Part shown: piece by piece, positions 40,774 through 51,234 of the stretch
How the letters are laid out: the number at the start of each line of letters is the position of its first letter
Position numbering within the stretch: position 1 is the first letter of the stretch
Assembly: GCA_018238155.1 (NCBI GenBank)
Contig: JABCTZ010000001.1
Location: 32,001-96,000 of the forward strand
Direction: 5' to 3'
Length of the DNA: 64,000 nt
Origin: Candidatus Heimdallarchaeota archaeon
GTDB taxonomy: Archaea; Asgardarchaeota; Heimdallarchaeia; JABLTI01
Translations under genes and position numbers: made by a program
The notes under the pieces: generated by a model
Told to the model about the DNA's origin: nothing
Database searches by the model: none
The model's input: the letters and a program-made list of their open reading frames with translations, nothing else

Positions 40774-40885
40774 TCTCTCTTCTTACTATTTTTTCTTTCA
40801 ATGAATTATTGGTTGCTATATGGAATCGTTTTTATTTCCATTTTACATTTTTAGTATTATATTCTATTAGTATGATTGTGATATC

Positions 40886-41782
40886 ATGAGTGATGTTAGA
40901 AAAATAACTCAAAATTTGATTAAAGAAACAGATAGTGAATCAAGTTTCATTATACTTCTTTCAGCTTCTTTAATTCCTCATCTTGAAGAACCAATTAACC
41001 GTGCCCGTTTTTTCAATTACGACAAAAAACGTGAATTGTATTTTGGTCCCAAAGATATTAATAGATTTAGCCGAGTTAAAGAGCTAACTACGCTTATTTC
41101 AAAGCGCGTGAAAGCAAAAAAGCTCAAGGGATTCGAACGCTTACTCAAGACTTTCAGAGAAAATGGTTTAATGGTTCGCGAGAAAGAAGGACCTTCAGAT
41201 GGGATGGCTTGGACTGGTTTTGGTGGTGTACATTCCCATTATAATCTCACTCCACTCGGAAAAGCTTTGTTAGTATTACAAACTTCATTACGTTGTAGTG
41301 CAGTGAACTTCCAAAGTATTGTTGGCTTCGAAGATTGGGATGATGTAATTGAAAACGAATTGAATCTCATAATTGATAGTGTGGTTAACAAAAGATTAAC
41401 CATTCGTGATTATGATAATCATTTTTACGCAAAACGAAACGAGGCAAGTTTTGTTACGCAAAGAATTTTCGAATTTATTGCTGGCGCGCCCAAAAAAGTT
41501 TCAACAGAACAAATTAAAGATTATATCTTTGATAGAGTTGGCGAAATACATCTGGGTGAACTTCATGATGCAATACCAAGGCTTGCTCCTCTTTTGCAAA
41601 AGTCAGGTGATTCTTTTAGTCTGAATACTCGTGGAAAACTTGCAAGAATTGGTTATGCAACGGTGTTGGTTGAAGCAGCATTATCAATTGAGGAAACTGA
41701 ATTAGTTCATTATATGATCTCTGCTAAATCCTTTGAAGAAGGTTCTAGAACGATATTAGAGCATTTTGCTATTTGGTTTTAA
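40886..41782 (+). CDS. Hypothetical protein with two probable winged-helix domains
   Basis: YNLTPLGKA and FSLNTRGKL wing motifs. Confidence 0.65.
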   Translation: MSDVRKITQNLIKETDSESSFIILLSASLIPHLEEPINRARFFNYDKKRELYFGPKDINRFSRVKELTTLISKRVKAKKLKGFERLLKTFRENGLMVREKEGPSDGMAWTGFGGVHSHYNLTPLGKALLVLQTSLRCSAVNFQSIVGFEDWDDVIENELNLIIDSVVNKRLTIRDYDNHFYAKRNEASFVTQRIFEFIAGAPKKVSTEQIKDYIFDRVGEIHLGELHDAIPRLAPLLQKSGDSFSLNTRGKLARIGYATVLVEAALSIEETELVHYMISAKSFEEGSRTILEHFAIWF

Positions 41783-41801
41783 ATAACGAAGGGATTTTTT
41801 T

Positions 41802-42710
41802 CTACCCTTTCGCCGGATGCCCTATAGCAAAATATGAGGGGTTATTTGTTGCTTCAGTTTTTTCTCCAGTATACATTCTCAAAGAATATCCTGTTTTTGC
41901 AAAACCTAAAGCATCCATTGCTTTGATGCCCCATTTACTATTTTCAGCCATGCCAATAGATACACCTTCAATTTCATCTGTTTCCAATGCGGTGATTATT
42001 GCTGCATCAATTAAATTAATCGTTGTCTGGAGAGAGTCACTCAAACCGGCTCGTATTCTGAGTGTTTTATTTTCAACAACACCAAACGAGTACCCAGCTA
42101 AAAAATCATTTGTATCTCTAGTAATGAATGCATATTCAGAAAATTCTTCGAATAGCAATTTAAGTAAGCCTTCTCTACTGCAACCAAACATCTCTTCATC
42201 TGCTTCTAGAATTTCTGCTAAATCATCTTCTTTTACGTTATGTAATGGAAATTCTTTAGTAAACTTCATTCTCTTTTCTTTAAATAGAGCTTGTTTTTCC
42301 TCTGTTGATATGTCTAAGTAAAATCTCAACGAGTTTAACTCAAATTTGTAACCAACTCTCTCATATAATGTCCGAGCTTTTTGCACTGCATCAAGTTTAA
42401 TTGTTTTACAACCATTATATAGTAAATAATTCGTTGCCTCAATCATTATTTCTTGACCGATTCCCATTCCTTGCATTTCTGGTTCAACAATTACATGTCC
42501 GATGAATCCCACATCACCATATGTAACAGTAAGAGTAATTGCAATAATGACACCTTCTGGATTTACCAAAAGAATGTATTTATGATGAGGGTTTCTAAGA
42601 TATCTTTGGATATCATTTAATGTTTCATCCCAATCTGTAGTTTTCGCAATTCGAAAAATATCCTTGAAGTCATCCCGTTCACCGTAAACAAAATCTAATC
42701 GTTCGCTCAT
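41802..42710 (-). CDS. GNAT acetyltransferase (YitH-like)
   Basis: HVIVEPEMQGMGIG, LDA....LYERVGY, C-terminal AIG..KG. Confidence 0.85.
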   Translation of the reverse strand: MSERLDFVYGERDDFKDIFRIAKTTDWDETLNDIQRYLRNPHHKYILLVNPEGVIIAITLTVTYGDVGFIGHVIVEPEMQGMGIGQEIMIEATNYLLYNGCKTIKLDAVQKARTLYERVGYKFELNSLRFYLDISTEEKQALFKEKRMKFTKEFPLHNVKEDDLAEILEADEEMFGCSREGLLKLLFEEFSEYAFITRDTNDFLAGYSFGVVENKTLRIRAGLSDSLQTTINLIDAAIITALETDEIEGVSIGMAENSKWGIKAMDALGFAKTGYSLRMYTGEKTEATNNPSYFAIGHPAKG

Positions 42711-42783
42711 ATTTATCACTCTACTGTTTTAGCTAGCAAAAAACAAAATATGGTAATAACCTTTTCATGTATTTGGGAAAAAA

Positions 42784-44028
42784 TTATGTTAACAATCTTC
42801 GCATAAAGTTTCGATAATGATTTTCTGCACTAAACTTCTCTGTAATAGTAATGCGGGTCTGTAGTGCAAGATCTCCTCTCATATTTTTATTAGAAAATAG
42901 AGCTGAAATCCATCTAACTATTTCTGCTATATTATCTTTGGGAAAGATTATACCATTTTTCCCATGAGTGATTATTTCTTTTACTCCGGTTAAATCCGTT
43001 GCAAGACATGGTAAGGAACAACTCATAGCTTCTAGCAATGAAAGCCCTAATGCTTCTCTTCTTGTAGGTAACAGAAAACAATCAGCACTGGAATATAATG
43101 CTGCAAGATTCTCTTCGGTTTCTGCCACTGTAAAATGAAAGTGATTATCGATCTTTTCTTGTTTCAAAGTCTCAATAAGTTCTTCTTTATAACGTCCTTC
43201 CCCTGCAATTAGAAAATGGATTTTGACGTAAGAATCACCTTTTTTCAAAAGTTCTTTGTAAATTGTTGGAAATAGATCTAATCCTTTTTCTTTGATGATC
43301 CTACCTGTATAGAGGACTACAAAAGCGTGTTCAGAAATGCCAAATTTTTCTCTGATTTGTGTTCTTTTCTCATCACTTTTTACAAAGACTTCTGTATCCA
43401 CTCCTAGATATTTTACTTTTGAATTAATTCCTGCTTTAAGTAGATAATCTCTCACAGAGAGACTTACTGAAAAGATTCCCTTGAACAAATTTTGGAATGA
43501 ACCCAGGGCACTATAGATGCTGTCTTCTTTTCCATCAGGTAGAATAATATTCATAGGAGGGCTATGAGTCCAAAAATAGAATGAAGGTATAGTATATGTG
43601 TTCAATCTCTGTTTCAGAAAATAGAGTGCATATGGGCTAATAAAATATGAATTATGGAAGTGGATGACTTGTGGTTTATTTTTGTTTATGAATTCTGCTA
43701 ATTCTCCTGCAAGTTTCAAACCTGTAGTTTCGAGGTCATTATCATTGAACAAACTCTTTGCTAATTGTAAGCGATCTTCTGTTGGTGTATTAGAGAAATT
43801 TTCAATTCGATCTACTAAATCACCACAATCTAACCGTATAACTGGAATACCTTCTATTACCGTTTCCTTTTCTTGATCATTTCTAGTTAATTGTGTTAAA
43901 ATGATTACTTTACGTTCATTGTCAATAAGATATTTTGCGATTCTTCGGAGATATGACTTTACTCCACCAATATCATTTTTATTAAATCGCTCAATAAAAA
44001 ATACTATAATCGTCATTGTCTCCTTCAA
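42784..44028 (-). CDS. Glycosyltransferase family 4
   Basis: GG, GVD, GRI..EKG, EALGLSLLEAM. Confidence 0.9.
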   Translation of the reverse strand: MKETMTIIVFFIERFNKNDIGGVKSYLRRIAKYLIDNERKVIILTQLTRNDQEKETVIEGIPVIRLDCGDLVDRIENFSNTPTEDRLQLAKSLFNDNDLETTGLKLAGELAEFINKNKPQVIHFHNSYFISPYALYFLKQRLNTYTIPSFYFWTHSPPMNIILPDGKEDSIYSALGSFQNLFKGIFSVSLSVRDYLLKAGINSKVKYLGVDTEVFVKSDEKRTQIREKFGISEHAFVVLYTGRIIKEKGLDLFPTIYKELLKKGDSYVKIHFLIAGEGRYKEELIETLKQEKIDNHFHFTVAETEENLAALYSSADCFLLPTRREALGLSLLEAMSCSLPCLATDLTGVKEIITHGKNGIIFPKDNIAEIVRWISALFSNKNMRGDLALQTRITITEKFSAENHYRNFMRRLLT

Positions 44029-44067
44029 ATAAGCGTCTGTAATACATAGTAATAATCTATTGGTTTA

Positions 44068-45183
44068 TTACTTTTTTTTACACGCGGGGAGAAAAATAAC
44101 TATTGTAGTGATCAGTTTTCCATTTTCTTTTGAATCTTCTAAGAATACTTTTCCATTGAAGAGATCAACAATATTTTTTACTAAATAGAAACCAAGACCA
44201 TATTTCTGTGATTCGAATTCTGTTATAGGTTGGTTACTCATCTGTGGTACATTCTCTGATTTAACTGTTAGTTTTAGTTCTACCGTAGGAATTTCTTGCT
44301 CTTCTTCATTAGTTAATGAATTCGTTTTCTTAAGGTCCAAATCAATGATTATTTGATTCAGAAGTCCGGGCATAATCATTGAGAAAAACAATTCATAGAA
44401 TAATTCTTGGAGTTCTTTTTCTGTTCCTAAAACAAAAATTTCATTGCTTGGAAATTCATTTAATTGATCGATCTTACAATCAACATCAGTATTTCTTAAG
44501 TTTTCAAGAACTTGCTTCAATATTTCAACTATATCTAAACAAATGAACTCATCAGCATTCATTGTATGAATTTTCTTCATTTTTTTGTAAGAATGAAGTA
44601 GTCTGGCATTGTTATAATAAATGGTATTGATTATTGCGAGACTTCTTTTTTGTTTCTCAGTTAAATTCTCATCTTCTAAAAGCTCAATTGATTCTGCGAG
44701 TGCTTTTGTTAAAATTTTGAAATCACGCACAAGAATAGTATTGAAAAAATCAAGTTGATAATTTAAGTGAGTGATTTCATCTAAGTTCTCTTCAATTTGA
44801 ATATGACTTTCATGCCTTTTCATTACTTTCTCAATCGTATCTAGTAATAAATTCACATCAATTGGTTTTTCAAGGAGACCACATGCAACATATGAAGAAA
44901 GAACTTCCTTTGCTGATTCATAAGAAGAGTGACCTGTGATGATAATCGATTCTGTTGTAGGGGAGATACTTCTTATTTGTTTAATTACTTCAATGCCCGA
45001 AGTATCGGGTAGCATTAAATCTACTAATGCCAGATGCGGTTTTACCTTTTCTACTAATTCAATTGCTGAACTGCCATCAATAGCAATAAAAGTTTCATAC
45101 CCATTTCGAGTTAAAAGTTCCTGTAACAAAGTGCGAATTAGTTCGTTATCATCAATAACTAGTATTTTTGCCTTTAACCCCAT
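44068..45183 (-). CDS. Receiver domain fused to degenerate histidine-kinase core
   Basis: LVIDD, DLMLPD, ITG, EKP receiver; H-box reads RD instead of HD; only the G2 box YGLGFYLV is retained. Confidence 0.8.
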   Translation of the reverse strand: MGLKAKILVIDDNELIRTLLQELLTRNGYETFIAIDGSSAIELVEKVKPHLALVDLMLPDTSGIEVIKQIRSISPTTESIIITGHSSYESAKEVLSSYVACGLLEKPIDVNLLLDTIEKVMKRHESHIQIEENLDEITHLNYQLDFFNTILVRDFKILTKALAESIELLEDENLTEKQKRSLAIINTIYYNNARLLHSYKKMKKIHTMNADEFICLDIVEILKQVLENLRNTDVDCKIDQLNEFPSNEIFVLGTEKELQELFYELFFSMIMPGLLNQIIIDLDLKKTNSLTNEEEQEIPTVELKLTVKSENVPQMSNQPITEFESQKYGLGFYLVKNIVDLFNGKVFLEDSKENGKLITTIVIFLPACKKK

Positions 45184-45355
45184 AATGAACACATCTTAAA
45201 TGTTATTTTTTGCTCAAAGAATAATTTCTATTATTGAAGAGGAAAAATGTTTCATATATGTTTTATGGATGGGACAATTATTTCATCTTTTTAATCAAAA
45301 AACACAAAAGCATATTAATATCAAAAAACATGCTATCCATCGGAGTTTTAATTAA

Positions 45356-46342
45356 TTGACAACATTCAAAGTTTTACTTACAAGAAAAATACCTCAACCT
45401 GCCATTGATTACATGTTAGAAAATGGTATAGATTTGGAAATTAACGAAGAAGATAGAGTGCTATCCCATTCTGAAATTAAAGAAAGAGTGAAAGGAAAGG
45501 ATGGGTTAATCTGTTTGCTTACGGATTCAATAGATGGAGAAATCATGGAAGCTGCCGGTTCAAAGCTAAAAATAATTGCTAATTATGCTGTTGGATATAA
45601 CAACATAGATCTACAGGAAGCAACGAAAAGAAAAATACCCGTAACAAATACTCCTGGAGTGTTAACTGAAACAACAGCAGATTTAGCTATGGCATTACTT
45701 CTTTCGATTGGAAGAAGAATCGTTGAAAGTGATAATTTTACTCGAAAAGGCAGATTCACCGGATGGGGACCAATGCTTCATCTTGGAAATGATATATATG
45801 GTAAAACATTAGGTGTAATTGGTTGTGGAAGGATAGGTTCTGCTGTTGCGAGAAGAGCTGCAAAGGGATTCAATATGAAAGTGCTCTATAATAATACAAA
45901 GCAACTACCTGAATTAGAACAAGAACTCGGACTTGAATTCGCATCCGTAGAAGAAATACTAAAACAATCTGATTATGTTACTCTGCACGTTCCATTAACA
46001 GAGAAAACAAAACATATGATAGGTGAAAAAGAGCTAGCATTAATGAAATCATCTGCTTTTCTCATCAATACATCAAGAGGGTCTGTAATTGTGGAAAGTG
46101 CGCTCGTTAAAGCTCTTCAAGAGAGAAGAATCGCCGGTGCAGCACTTGATGTTTATGAATTTGAACCAAAACTAAGTCCCGGCTTACAAGAGCTAGACAA
46201 TGTAATTGTGACTGCTCATATAGGCACTGGAACAATAGATACCAGAACAAAAATGGGCATGATGGTCGGTGAAAATTTACTTGCAGGCTTGAAAAACAAG
46301 CATCCACCAAACTGCGTAAATCCTCAAATCTTTGAAAAATAA
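45356..46342 (+). CDS. gyaR: Glyoxylate reductase / D-glycerate dehydrogenase
   Basis: AVGYNNID, NTPGVLTETTAD, GCGRIG, INTSRG, LDVYEFEP, HIG. Confidence 0.85.
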   Translation: MTTFKVLLTRKIPQPAIDYMLENGIDLEINEEDRVLSHSEIKERVKGKDGLICLLTDSIDGEIMEAAGSKLKIIANYAVGYNNIDLQEATKRKIPVTNTPGVLTETTADLAMALLLSIGRRIVESDNFTRKGRFTGWGPMLHLGNDIYGKTLGVIGCGRIGSAVARRAAKGFNMKVLYNNTKQLPELEQELGLEFASVEEILKQSDYVTLHVPLTEKTKHMIGEKELALMKSSAFLINTSRGSVIVESALVKALQERRIAGAALDVYEFEPKLSPGLQELDNVIVTAHIGTGTIDTRTKMGMMVGENLLAGLKNKHPPNCVNPQIFEK

Positions 46343-46483
46343 CCATATTGAAAACTAAAATCAGTTTAATATCAAAAAGTAAGCTAATTTGTTGAGTGAA
46401 AAACCTAATATATCTTTATCACTAATTGTGAATTAACTAATAGTTCGATACTTAAAACTACTAGAGTATGGAGAATAAAAAAC

Positions 46484-46717
46484 ATGGCTAAAGCATACGT
46501 ACTAATTAATTCAGAAATTGGTGGAGAAGCTGAAGTAGTTAAACAGCTTAAAGATATGAAAGAAGTAGTAGAAGTAAGTGTTGTCTACGGTGTTTATGAT
46601 GTAATAGTTAAGCTAGAAGCTGAAACTATGGAAATTCTAAAAGAGTTAATTACATCTAAAGTTAGACACCTCAATAAAGTCCGATCAACAATGACAATGA
46701 TTGCGGGCGCAGATTAG
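46484..46717 (+). CDS. Stand-alone Lrp/AsnC ligand-binding (RAM) domain, copy 1
   Basis: AYVLIN..G, VYGVYD, VRSTMTMI; no HTH. Confidence 0.88.
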   Translation: MAKAYVLINSEIGGEAEVVKQLKDMKEVVEVSVVYGVYDVIVKLEAETMEILKELITSKVRHLNKVRSTMTMIAGAD

Positions 46718-46732
46718 ATTTACACTTAATTG

Positions 46733-46760
46733 AAAGGCTATTTCTTAGCCTTTTCCTTTC
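46733..46760 (+). terminator. Hairpin terminator after RAM copy 1
   Basis: AAAGGCTA-TTTCT-TAGCCTTT followed by a pyrimidine tract. Confidence 0.5.
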
Positions 46761-47004
46761 AACTTTCGCTGATAAAGAATATTGATCTAAAGAGATGTTT
46801 TTAGTTTTTTTCTTTTTTGAAGAAATGTTTTTTTATCTTATTTTTATAAAAAACCTCTACTTAGTAGAAAGAAATGTTGAGAAACTGTATGTAAAAAAGG
46901 CTCTAAACTGTGAATAAACGCTATAAAACTCAAAGAAGTTATATATTTTAACGATTCTATTAATAACAAAAAGAAAAACAATAATGAACAATTGGTGAAA
47001 AAAA

Positions 47005-47256
47005 ATGGCAAGCGCATATGTTTTAATCAATACAGAAATTGGTGGCGAAGAATCAGTTATTGGTCAGCTCAAAGCAATGGATGTTGTGGAAGAAGTGTCC
47101 GTTGTTTATGGTGTTTATGATATTGTTGCCAAAATTACTTCTGATACGATGGAAAGCTTAAAAGAAATCATTAGTACAAAAATAAGACACTTGAATAAAG
47201 TGCGGTCAACAATGACTATGATTGCAGCTGAGTCAAGAATTCTTAAGAAGAAGTAA
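47005..47256 (+). CDS. Stand-alone Lrp/AsnC ligand-binding (RAM) domain, copy 2
   Basis: Close paralogue of 46484-46717. Confidence 0.88.
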   Translation: MASAYVLINTEIGGEESVIGQLKAMDVVEEVSVVYGVYDIVAKITSDTMESLKEIISTKIRHLNKVRSTMTMIAAESRILKKK

Positions 47257-47472
47257 GCGTTTCTTCTGTCATAAGCTTTTCTTATTTTTATTCCTTTTCT
47301 CAGCAAGTACAATTAAATGTCAATATCTATCTACTGATCATAATTTCCTATCTTTTTCTCTTCTCGATTGTTTAATCATTTTTCTCGAATAGCACAAAAT
47401 TTATTATATACGTATATTATCAATGTTTCTTTGTCTACAGAAGTGTAGGCATCAATTGGAGGAAAAATAGCA

Positions 47473-48546
47473 TTGCGTAAAAGATTATTTATTCCAGGAC
47501 CAACTGAAGTTTTCCCTGATGTTTTAATGCAACAAGCGAAGCCCCTCATTGGTCACAGGCCTAAGGAATTTACAGAACTTTATACTGGCATAGTTGAAAA
47601 GTTACAAAAATTCCATGAAACTAAACAATGGGTTACTGTTCCAACCTCTTCTGGAACACTATTTATGGATATCACTGCACGTTGTCTTGTTAAGAAGAAA
47701 GCTTTAGCAGGCGTCAACGGTGCTTTCTCACAACGTTTTGCAGAGACAATTTCTGCTTGTGGCAAAGAAGTCGATACAATAGATGTTGAATGGGGTAAAG
47801 CAATAAAACCTGAAATGGTACGTGAACAACTATCTTCAGGAGATTATGATACTGTTCTTGTTTGTCACAATGAAACAAGTACTGGTGTTCGTAACCCAAT
47901 CTACAAAATTGGTGAAATGCTTCATAAAGAATTTCCTGATATAGTATATGTCATTGATTCTGTTTCTGCAATGGGTGGAGATTTAGTTGAACCCGAAAAA
48001 ATTCACAGCGATTTAATATTTGCTTCCACGCAAAAAGCCTATGCGCTTCCACCGGGATTAGCAATTGGTTTCGCTTCTGAGAAAGCATTGAAAAGATGCG
48101 AAGAAGTACCAAATAGAGGGCGGTATACTGATTTGCTTGGGTTATATAATTACTATCAGAAGAAACAACAAACACCAAGTACACCCAACGTTTCTCTCTT
48201 ATATGCTCTCTCTTATCAATTGGATAAAATGCTCAAAGAAACTGCTAAAGGTCGGTACGAGCGTCATGCTGAAATGGCTACTTGGACTCAAGGATGGGCA
48301 AATAAACACTTTGAAATGTTCCCAGAAAAAGGCTATGAATCTCTTACAGTGTCAACAATTAAGAATACTCTTGGAAAGAGTATTAGTGATTTAAACAAAG
48401 AATTAGCTAAAAGACACTTTATGATTTCAAACGGTTATGGGAAACCGCTTAAAGAGAAAACATTTAGAATCGGTCACATGGGTGATTGGACTCTTCCTGA
48501 TGTCAAAGAAGTTTGTAACCACATCGAAGAAATTTGGGAGCTGTAA
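47473..48546 (+). CDS. Class V PLP aminotransferase (alanine/serine-glyoxylate or archaeal phosphoserine aminotransferase type)
   Basis: LFIPGP, HR, HNETSTGV, DSVS, STQK, PPGL, FRIGHMG. Confidence 0.88.
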   Translation: MRKRLFIPGPTEVFPDVLMQQAKPLIGHRPKEFTELYTGIVEKLQKFHETKQWVTVPTSSGTLFMDITARCLVKKKALAGVNGAFSQRFAETISACGKEVDTIDVEWGKAIKPEMVREQLSSGDYDTVLVCHNETSTGVRNPIYKIGEMLHKEFPDIVYVIDSVSAMGGDLVEPEKIHSDLIFASTQKAYALPPGLAIGFASEKALKRCEEVPNRGRYTDLLGLYNYYQKKQQTPSTPNVSLLYALSYQLDKMLKETAKGRYERHAEMATWTQGWANKHFEMFPEKGYESLTVSTIKNTLGKSISDLNKELAKRHFMISNGYGKPLKEKTFRIGHMGDWTLPDVKEVCNHIEEIWEL

Positions 48547-48551
48547 ACTCA

Positions 48552-49463
48552 ATGAAAGTTATTGTTACTGACAAAATCGCTGATAAAGGTGTTGAACTTT
48601 TAGAAGCTGCTGGTTATGATGTGAACAAAGCTTGGGACATACCTAAAGCTGACCTCCCCAAAATCATAGGAGAGTATGATGCAATAGTTATTCGTTCTGC
48701 AACGAAAGTCAAAGGCGACCTTTTAGAAGCAGCCAAAAATCTAAAGGTTGTTGGACGGGCTGGTATTGGTTTAGATAATGTTGACCTTCCAAAATGTAAA
48801 GAGCGCAATATTGTTGTTCGCAATACTCCAAATGCTACAACAGATACTGTTGCTGAACTTGCATTAGCTTTTATGTTTGCTCTTGCAAGACCGATTGTAA
48901 AAGCAACAAATACTATGCGGAAAGGTGAATGGGCTAAAAAGCAACTTAAAGGCACAGAGCTCCTTGGTAAGACATTAGGTATTGTTGGGTGTGGACGTAT
49001 TGGATCTGCGCTCGCTCGCAAGGCTCACGCAATTGGTATGAAAATTGTTGGATGTGATGTTGTTGAAATTCATGAAGCTTGTGTTGATCAATGCGAAATG
49101 ACTGATGTTTTCGCTCAAGCAGATTATATTTCTCTTCATTTGCCATTGTTACCTGACACAAAACACCTTATTGGTAAAAAGACCATCGCACAAATGAAAG
49201 ATGGTGTTTGTATTATTAATTGTGCACGTGGTGGCACACTTGATGAAGGCGCAGTCTATGATGCTATAAAAAGTGGAAAGATTCGTGGTGTTGCTTTAGA
49301 TGTTTGGGAAAAGGAACCAATTGAATTAGAGGTCTCTAAGAAACTTCTCGAATTAGATGAAGTACTTGGCAGTCCACATATTGGTGCTCAAACAAAAGAA
49401 GGACAAGAACGAGCTGGCATTCAAGTTGCAGAGGCAGTAATCGAAGAGCTGAAAAAGCTTTAA
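48552..49463 (+). CDS. serA: D-3-phosphoglycerate dehydrogenase, short form without ACT domain
   Basis: IRSATKV, RAGIGLDNVD, GTELLGKTLG, NCARGG, SPHIGAQTKEGQ. Confidence 0.8.
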   Translation: MKVIVTDKIADKGVELLEAAGYDVNKAWDIPKADLPKIIGEYDAIVIRSATKVKGDLLEAAKNLKVVGRAGIGLDNVDLPKCKERNIVVRNTPNATTDTVAELALAFMFALARPIVKATNTMRKGEWAKKQLKGTELLGKTLGIVGCGRIGSALARKAHAIGMKIVGCDVVEIHEACVDQCEMTDVFAQADYISLHLPLLPDTKHLIGKKTIAQMKDGVCIINCARGGTLDEGAVYDAIKSGKIRGVALDVWEKEPIELEVSKKLLELDEVLGSPHIGAQTKEGQERAGIQVAEAVIEELKKL

Positions 49464-49573
49464 AAAAGTGATAATTGATTACTCACACTAAGTAAAACCA
49501 AAAATGAAGCTAAGCTTTTTTTTGCTCTAGCTTCCCAGTCATTTTTTTTATAATTAGGAAGTGAAAAAATAAG

Positions 49574-50854
49574 ATGGTAGAAATAAGACCCTTTAGAGGA
49601 ATACGATATACTAAGAAAGCAGGCGATTTAGCAGGTCTCGTAGTTCAACCCTATGACAAAATTACTGCTGAAATGCAAAAGAGCTATTATACAAAGTCCG
49701 AATATAATTTTTGCCGGTTAAGTTTACCAATAGAAGAAAATCGTTATGAAATTTCAGGAGAACGGTTAGAGAAATGGAAAACAGACGGTATCTTTGAACA
49801 AGATGATAAAATCGGTTTGTATGTTTATTTTCAAGATTTCGAATTGTTTGGTAAAAAAATGATCAGAAAAGGCTTTTTTGCTGCAGTCAAATTACATCAC
49901 TTTGAAAGTGAAATTGTTCTTCCACACGAATGGACTCACAAAGGACCAAAAATCGATCGATTAAATATGCTGAAAGCTACTCAAACATTCTTAGAACCTG
50001 GTTTTATGCTTTATAATGATCCTGACAAAGTTACCACCAAAATTTTCGATGAAGTATCCATATCAGAACCTGAAATGGATGTCATTGATAGTTTAGGCGT
50101 TCGTAATAGAATTTGGAAATTAGAAGATCCAGAAAAAATAAAGAAAATTCAACAAGTCTTTGAAATCCCACCTGGACAAATTGTTGTTGCAGATGGTCAT
50201 CATCGTTATGAAACTGCTTGTGGTTATAGTGATACAATTCGAAACACTCGTTCAAATTGGTCTGAAGATGATGCAGTTAATTTTAGAATGACATTATTAG
50301 TTGCAGTACAAGATGAAGGTCTAACTGTTTTACCAACTCACAGAATTTTGGATGGTTACAAAGTTTCTGACAATGCTTGGAAAGAAATAAAAGAATACTT
50401 TGAAGTTTCATCCTTAGAAAAAGATGAAATTCAAGCTTTTATGGATTCATATGAAAAGCATGCATTCACTATCTATACTGAAGGTAAAGCCTATGGTTTA
50501 GTTTTGAAAGACACAAATACTATTGACAAATTCTTAAAAGAAGAACATGCAGAATCCTATAAAGAATTGGATGTAGTAATCGTTCGAGAAATTATTTTCA
50601 ATGGCATCCTCAAAACAAAAGACCTAAAAATCAATAAAAGCATTTTCTACATTCGATGGTTAGACGATGCTTTGAAGAAAGTTGATGACGGTAAGGCAAC
50701 TATTGCACTAATTATGAATTCAACGAAAGCTGCTCAAGTACTTGATGCATCCAAAAATAACGAACGAATGCCTCAAAAATCAACTGATTTCTATCCAAAA
50801 ATGATTTCAGGTCTTGTTTTACAAGACATTAATTATGGTCAATTGCTGTTGTAA
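49574..50854 (+). CDS. DUF1015 family protein
   Basis: IRPFRGIRY, PYD, PHE.T, ADGHHRYE, PTHR, MPQKST.FYPK. Confidence 0.88.
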   Translation: MVEIRPFRGIRYTKKAGDLAGLVVQPYDKITAEMQKSYYTKSEYNFCRLSLPIEENRYEISGERLEKWKTDGIFEQDDKIGLYVYFQDFELFGKKMIRKGFFAAVKLHHFESEIVLPHEWTHKGPKIDRLNMLKATQTFLEPGFMLYNDPDKVTTKIFDEVSISEPEMDVIDSLGVRNRIWKLEDPEKIKKIQQVFEIPPGQIVVADGHHRYETACGYSDTIRNTRSNWSEDDAVNFRMTLLVAVQDEGLTVLPTHRILDGYKVSDNAWKEIKEYFEVSSLEKDEIQAFMDSYEKHAFTIYTEGKAYGLVLKDTNTIDKFLKEEHAESYKELDVVIVREIIFNGILKTKDLKINKSIFYIRWLDDALKKVDDGKATIALIMNSTKAAQVLDASKNNERMPQKSTDFYPKMISGLVLQDINYGQLLL

Positions 50855-50957
50855 TTAACAACAGCTTTAATTATTTCAAAAATTCTTTCTTAAACAAACT
50901 CTTAAATACTCATCCATTTTGTAGAATAATTAGAATAATTAAATGATGTGAAAACCA

Positions 50958-51152
50958 ATGCCCGAGGAAATCAAAGATATTTCAAAACTAGATGACATCA
51001 TTGCTCGTGCAACTGAATGTAGAGTAAAAAGAGTAGGCGATGAAGTTAAATTAAAATTCAGAACTAAACATAAACTCTACACAATTAAGGTTCCAGTAAA
51101 TGAGGCTGAAACCATTCGAGCAAGAATCAATATTCCAATTGTGGATTATTAA
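50958..51152 (+). CDS. rpl38e: Ribosomal protein L38e
   Basis: MP.EIKD...A..CRVKR...VKLKFRT...LYT. Confidence 0.82.
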   Translation: MPEEIKDISKLDDIIARATECRVKRVGDEVKLKFRTKHKLYTIKVPVNEAETIRARINIPIVDY

Positions 51153-51234
51153 AAAAAAATGTGGCTGGAATTCTTTCCAGTTTCACTGCCTAATTTTCAA
51201 TTTATTTTATACCGCTCTATGGTAAACATTTTTG

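Noticed and set aside
41773-42321. 182-aa plus-strand ORF and similar shadow ORFs (e.g. 8023-8442, 34057-34395, 36895-37233, 48614-49021)
   Set aside because: Antisense to well-supported genes and lacking motifs.
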